From sequence record SRR20825019_2407: a DNA stretch of 27,909 nt; one strand, written 5' to 3'. Below the pieces are notes generated by a model. It searched no databases. It was not told the DNA's origin and saw only the letters and a program-made list of their open reading frames with translations. The position numbers and the translations under genes are program-made. Positions 26,687 to 27,909 of this stretch are shown here, one piece after another. How positions within the stretch are numbered: position 1 is the first letter of the stretch; each line of letters opens with the position of its first letter.

Positions 26687-27909
26687 GTGACCGAGCATGC
26701 AAATCGCCTTGAAGCCCTGAGAGCAGAGTTGAAGGCGCGCAGCCTTGACGGTTTTGTGCTGCCGCTGACCGATGAACATATGAGCGAATATGTTGGCGCC
26801 TATGCGGGCCGCCTTGCTTACATCACCGGTTTTACAGGCTCCGCAGGCAACGGTGTTGTGCTCTTGGGTAAAGCATCCGTGTTTATTGATGGCCGCTACA
26901 CCATTCAGGCCGCCGCGGAGCTGGACCCGGCGCTTTTTGAGCATCACCTGTTTGAGAAATACCCGCTTCTTAAGTGGACAGCAGACAATGTACCGGAGGG
27001 TGGCCGTGTAGGCCACGACCCGGAGCTGACAACAGTGGCATGGGAAAAAGCGGCCCGCGCAGCTTTTGACGCCAAAAACATCGAGCTGGTCGCGCTTGAG
27101 AGCAACCCGGTTGATGCCGTGTGGCATGACCAGCCAAGCGAGCCGCTGGCGCCCGCCACTGCACACACCGCAGATCACGCAGGCCGTGATGCTGCCGACA
27201 AGCGCACAGAGGTTGCCGCAGCGCTCAAGGAAAAGCGTGCAGACGCCGCTGTGATCACCATGCTCGACAGCGTGGCCTGGGCCTTTAATATCCGGGGCTC
27301 AGATGTGATGAACACACCTGTCACCCACGCCTTTGCGGTGATGCACGCTGACGAAACTGCAACGCTTTTCATTAAGGAAAGCAAAGTATCCAGCGAGCTG
27401 AAACAACACCTTGGCAACAGTGTGCGTATCGAACCGCGCACCGCGTTTTACGATACGCTGGCGAGCCTTGGCACTTCGGGCAAACGTGTGCTGGTGGACC
27501 CTGCCACCAACAACGCCAAGGTTTTCAAAACACTTGAGGACGCTGGCGCCAAACTGGTTGAGGGCCAGGACCCGTGCATCCTGCCAAAAGCGCGTAAAAA
27601 CAAAACCGAACAACAGGGTAGCCGCGACGCCCACATCCGGGACGGTGCAGCGGTCAGCGAGTTTTTGCACTGGCTTTCAGTTGAAGCCCCAAAGGGCAGC
27701 GTTGATGAGCTTAAAGCCGTTGATGCGCTGTGGAACTTCCGCAAAAAACGCGGTGGGCTTAAGGACAAGAGCTTTGACACCATCTCCGGCGCTGGGCCAA
27801 ACGGCGCGATTGTGCACTACCGCGTGACCAAAAAGACCAACCGCCCGCTCAAGATGGATGAAATCTTCCTTGTGGATAGCGGCGGGCAGTATCTGGACGG
27901 CCCCACCGA
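26687..27909 (+). CDS. Aminopeptidase P family protein (M24B); 3' end truncated; missing from the ORF track because it has no stop in the window
   Basis: AGGAG at 26674-26678, then GTG. Hand translation: MTEHANRLEALRAELKARSLDGFVLPLTDEHMSEYV...ITGFTGSAG...FIDGRYTIQA...WAFNIRGSD...SFDTISGAGPNGAIVHY...DSGGQYLDG. Confidence 0.93.
   Translation, partial: MTEHANRLEALRAELKARSLDGFVLPLTDEHMSEYVGAYAGRLAYITGFTGSAGNGVVLLGKASVFIDGRYTIQAAAELDPALFEHHLFEKYPLLKWTADNVPEGGRVGHDPELTTVAWEKAARAAFDAKNIELVALESNPVDAVWHDQPSEPLAPATAHTADHAGRDAADKRTEVAAALKEKRADAAVITMLDSVAWAFNIRGSDVMNTPVTHAFAVMHADETATLFIKESKVSSELKQHLGNSVRIEPRTAFYDTLASLGTSGKRVLVDPATNNAKVFKTLEDAGAKLVEGQDPCILPKARKNKTEQQGSRDAHIRDGAAVSEFLHWLSVEAPKGSVDELKAVDALWNFRKKRGGLKDKSFDTISGAGPNGAIVHYRVTKKTNRPLKMDEIFLVDSGGQYLDGPT

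Noticed and set aside
27895-27909. Aminopeptidase P reads DGPT where DGTT is usual
   Set aside because: Single-base difference in the last few bases of the window; could be an end-of-contig error and cannot be evaluated.
1-27909. Search for tRNA/rRNA, CRISPR arrays, IS elements, prophage or defence genes
   Set aside because: No repeat-spacer periodicity, transposase/integrase motifs or cloverleaf-like sequence seen by eye; nearly all space is explained by ordinary CDSs.

Overview
This is a gene-dense, moderately GC-rich chromosomal segment that looks alphaproteobacterial (Kordiimonas/Sphingomonadales-like gene content; taxonomy is inference only). Both ends cut through genes. The dominant theme is peptide catabolism: a tricorn-type S41 protease, an M49 dipeptidyl-peptidase III, a Tat-exported M24 Xaa-Pro peptidase, a secreted amidohydrolase-type dipeptidase, oligopeptidase B, aminopeptidase P, and POT- and OPT-family peptide transporters. 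It also holds a cytoplasmic PAS/GAF kinase with a REC-HD-GYP c-di-GMP module, an orphan Wzx-type flippase, MATE, MipA/OmpV, AlkA, a TIGR01244 sulfurtransferase and a cupin. The most interesting items are: (1) a MATE - MipA - membrane-anchored beta-lactamase-fold protein that has lost all three catalytic motifs (candidate envelope sensor); (2) a ~108-nt rod-like RNA leader enclosing the RBS of a small ACT-like gene; (3) a secreted, Arg-less Rid protein upstream of two exported dipeptidases; (4) an uncharacterised 2-TM partner of the OPT transporter; and (5) a structured intergenic region at 12.0-12.2 kb. I saw no tRNA/rRNA, mobile element or CRISPR array. All family assignments are by motif recognition; no database search was run.
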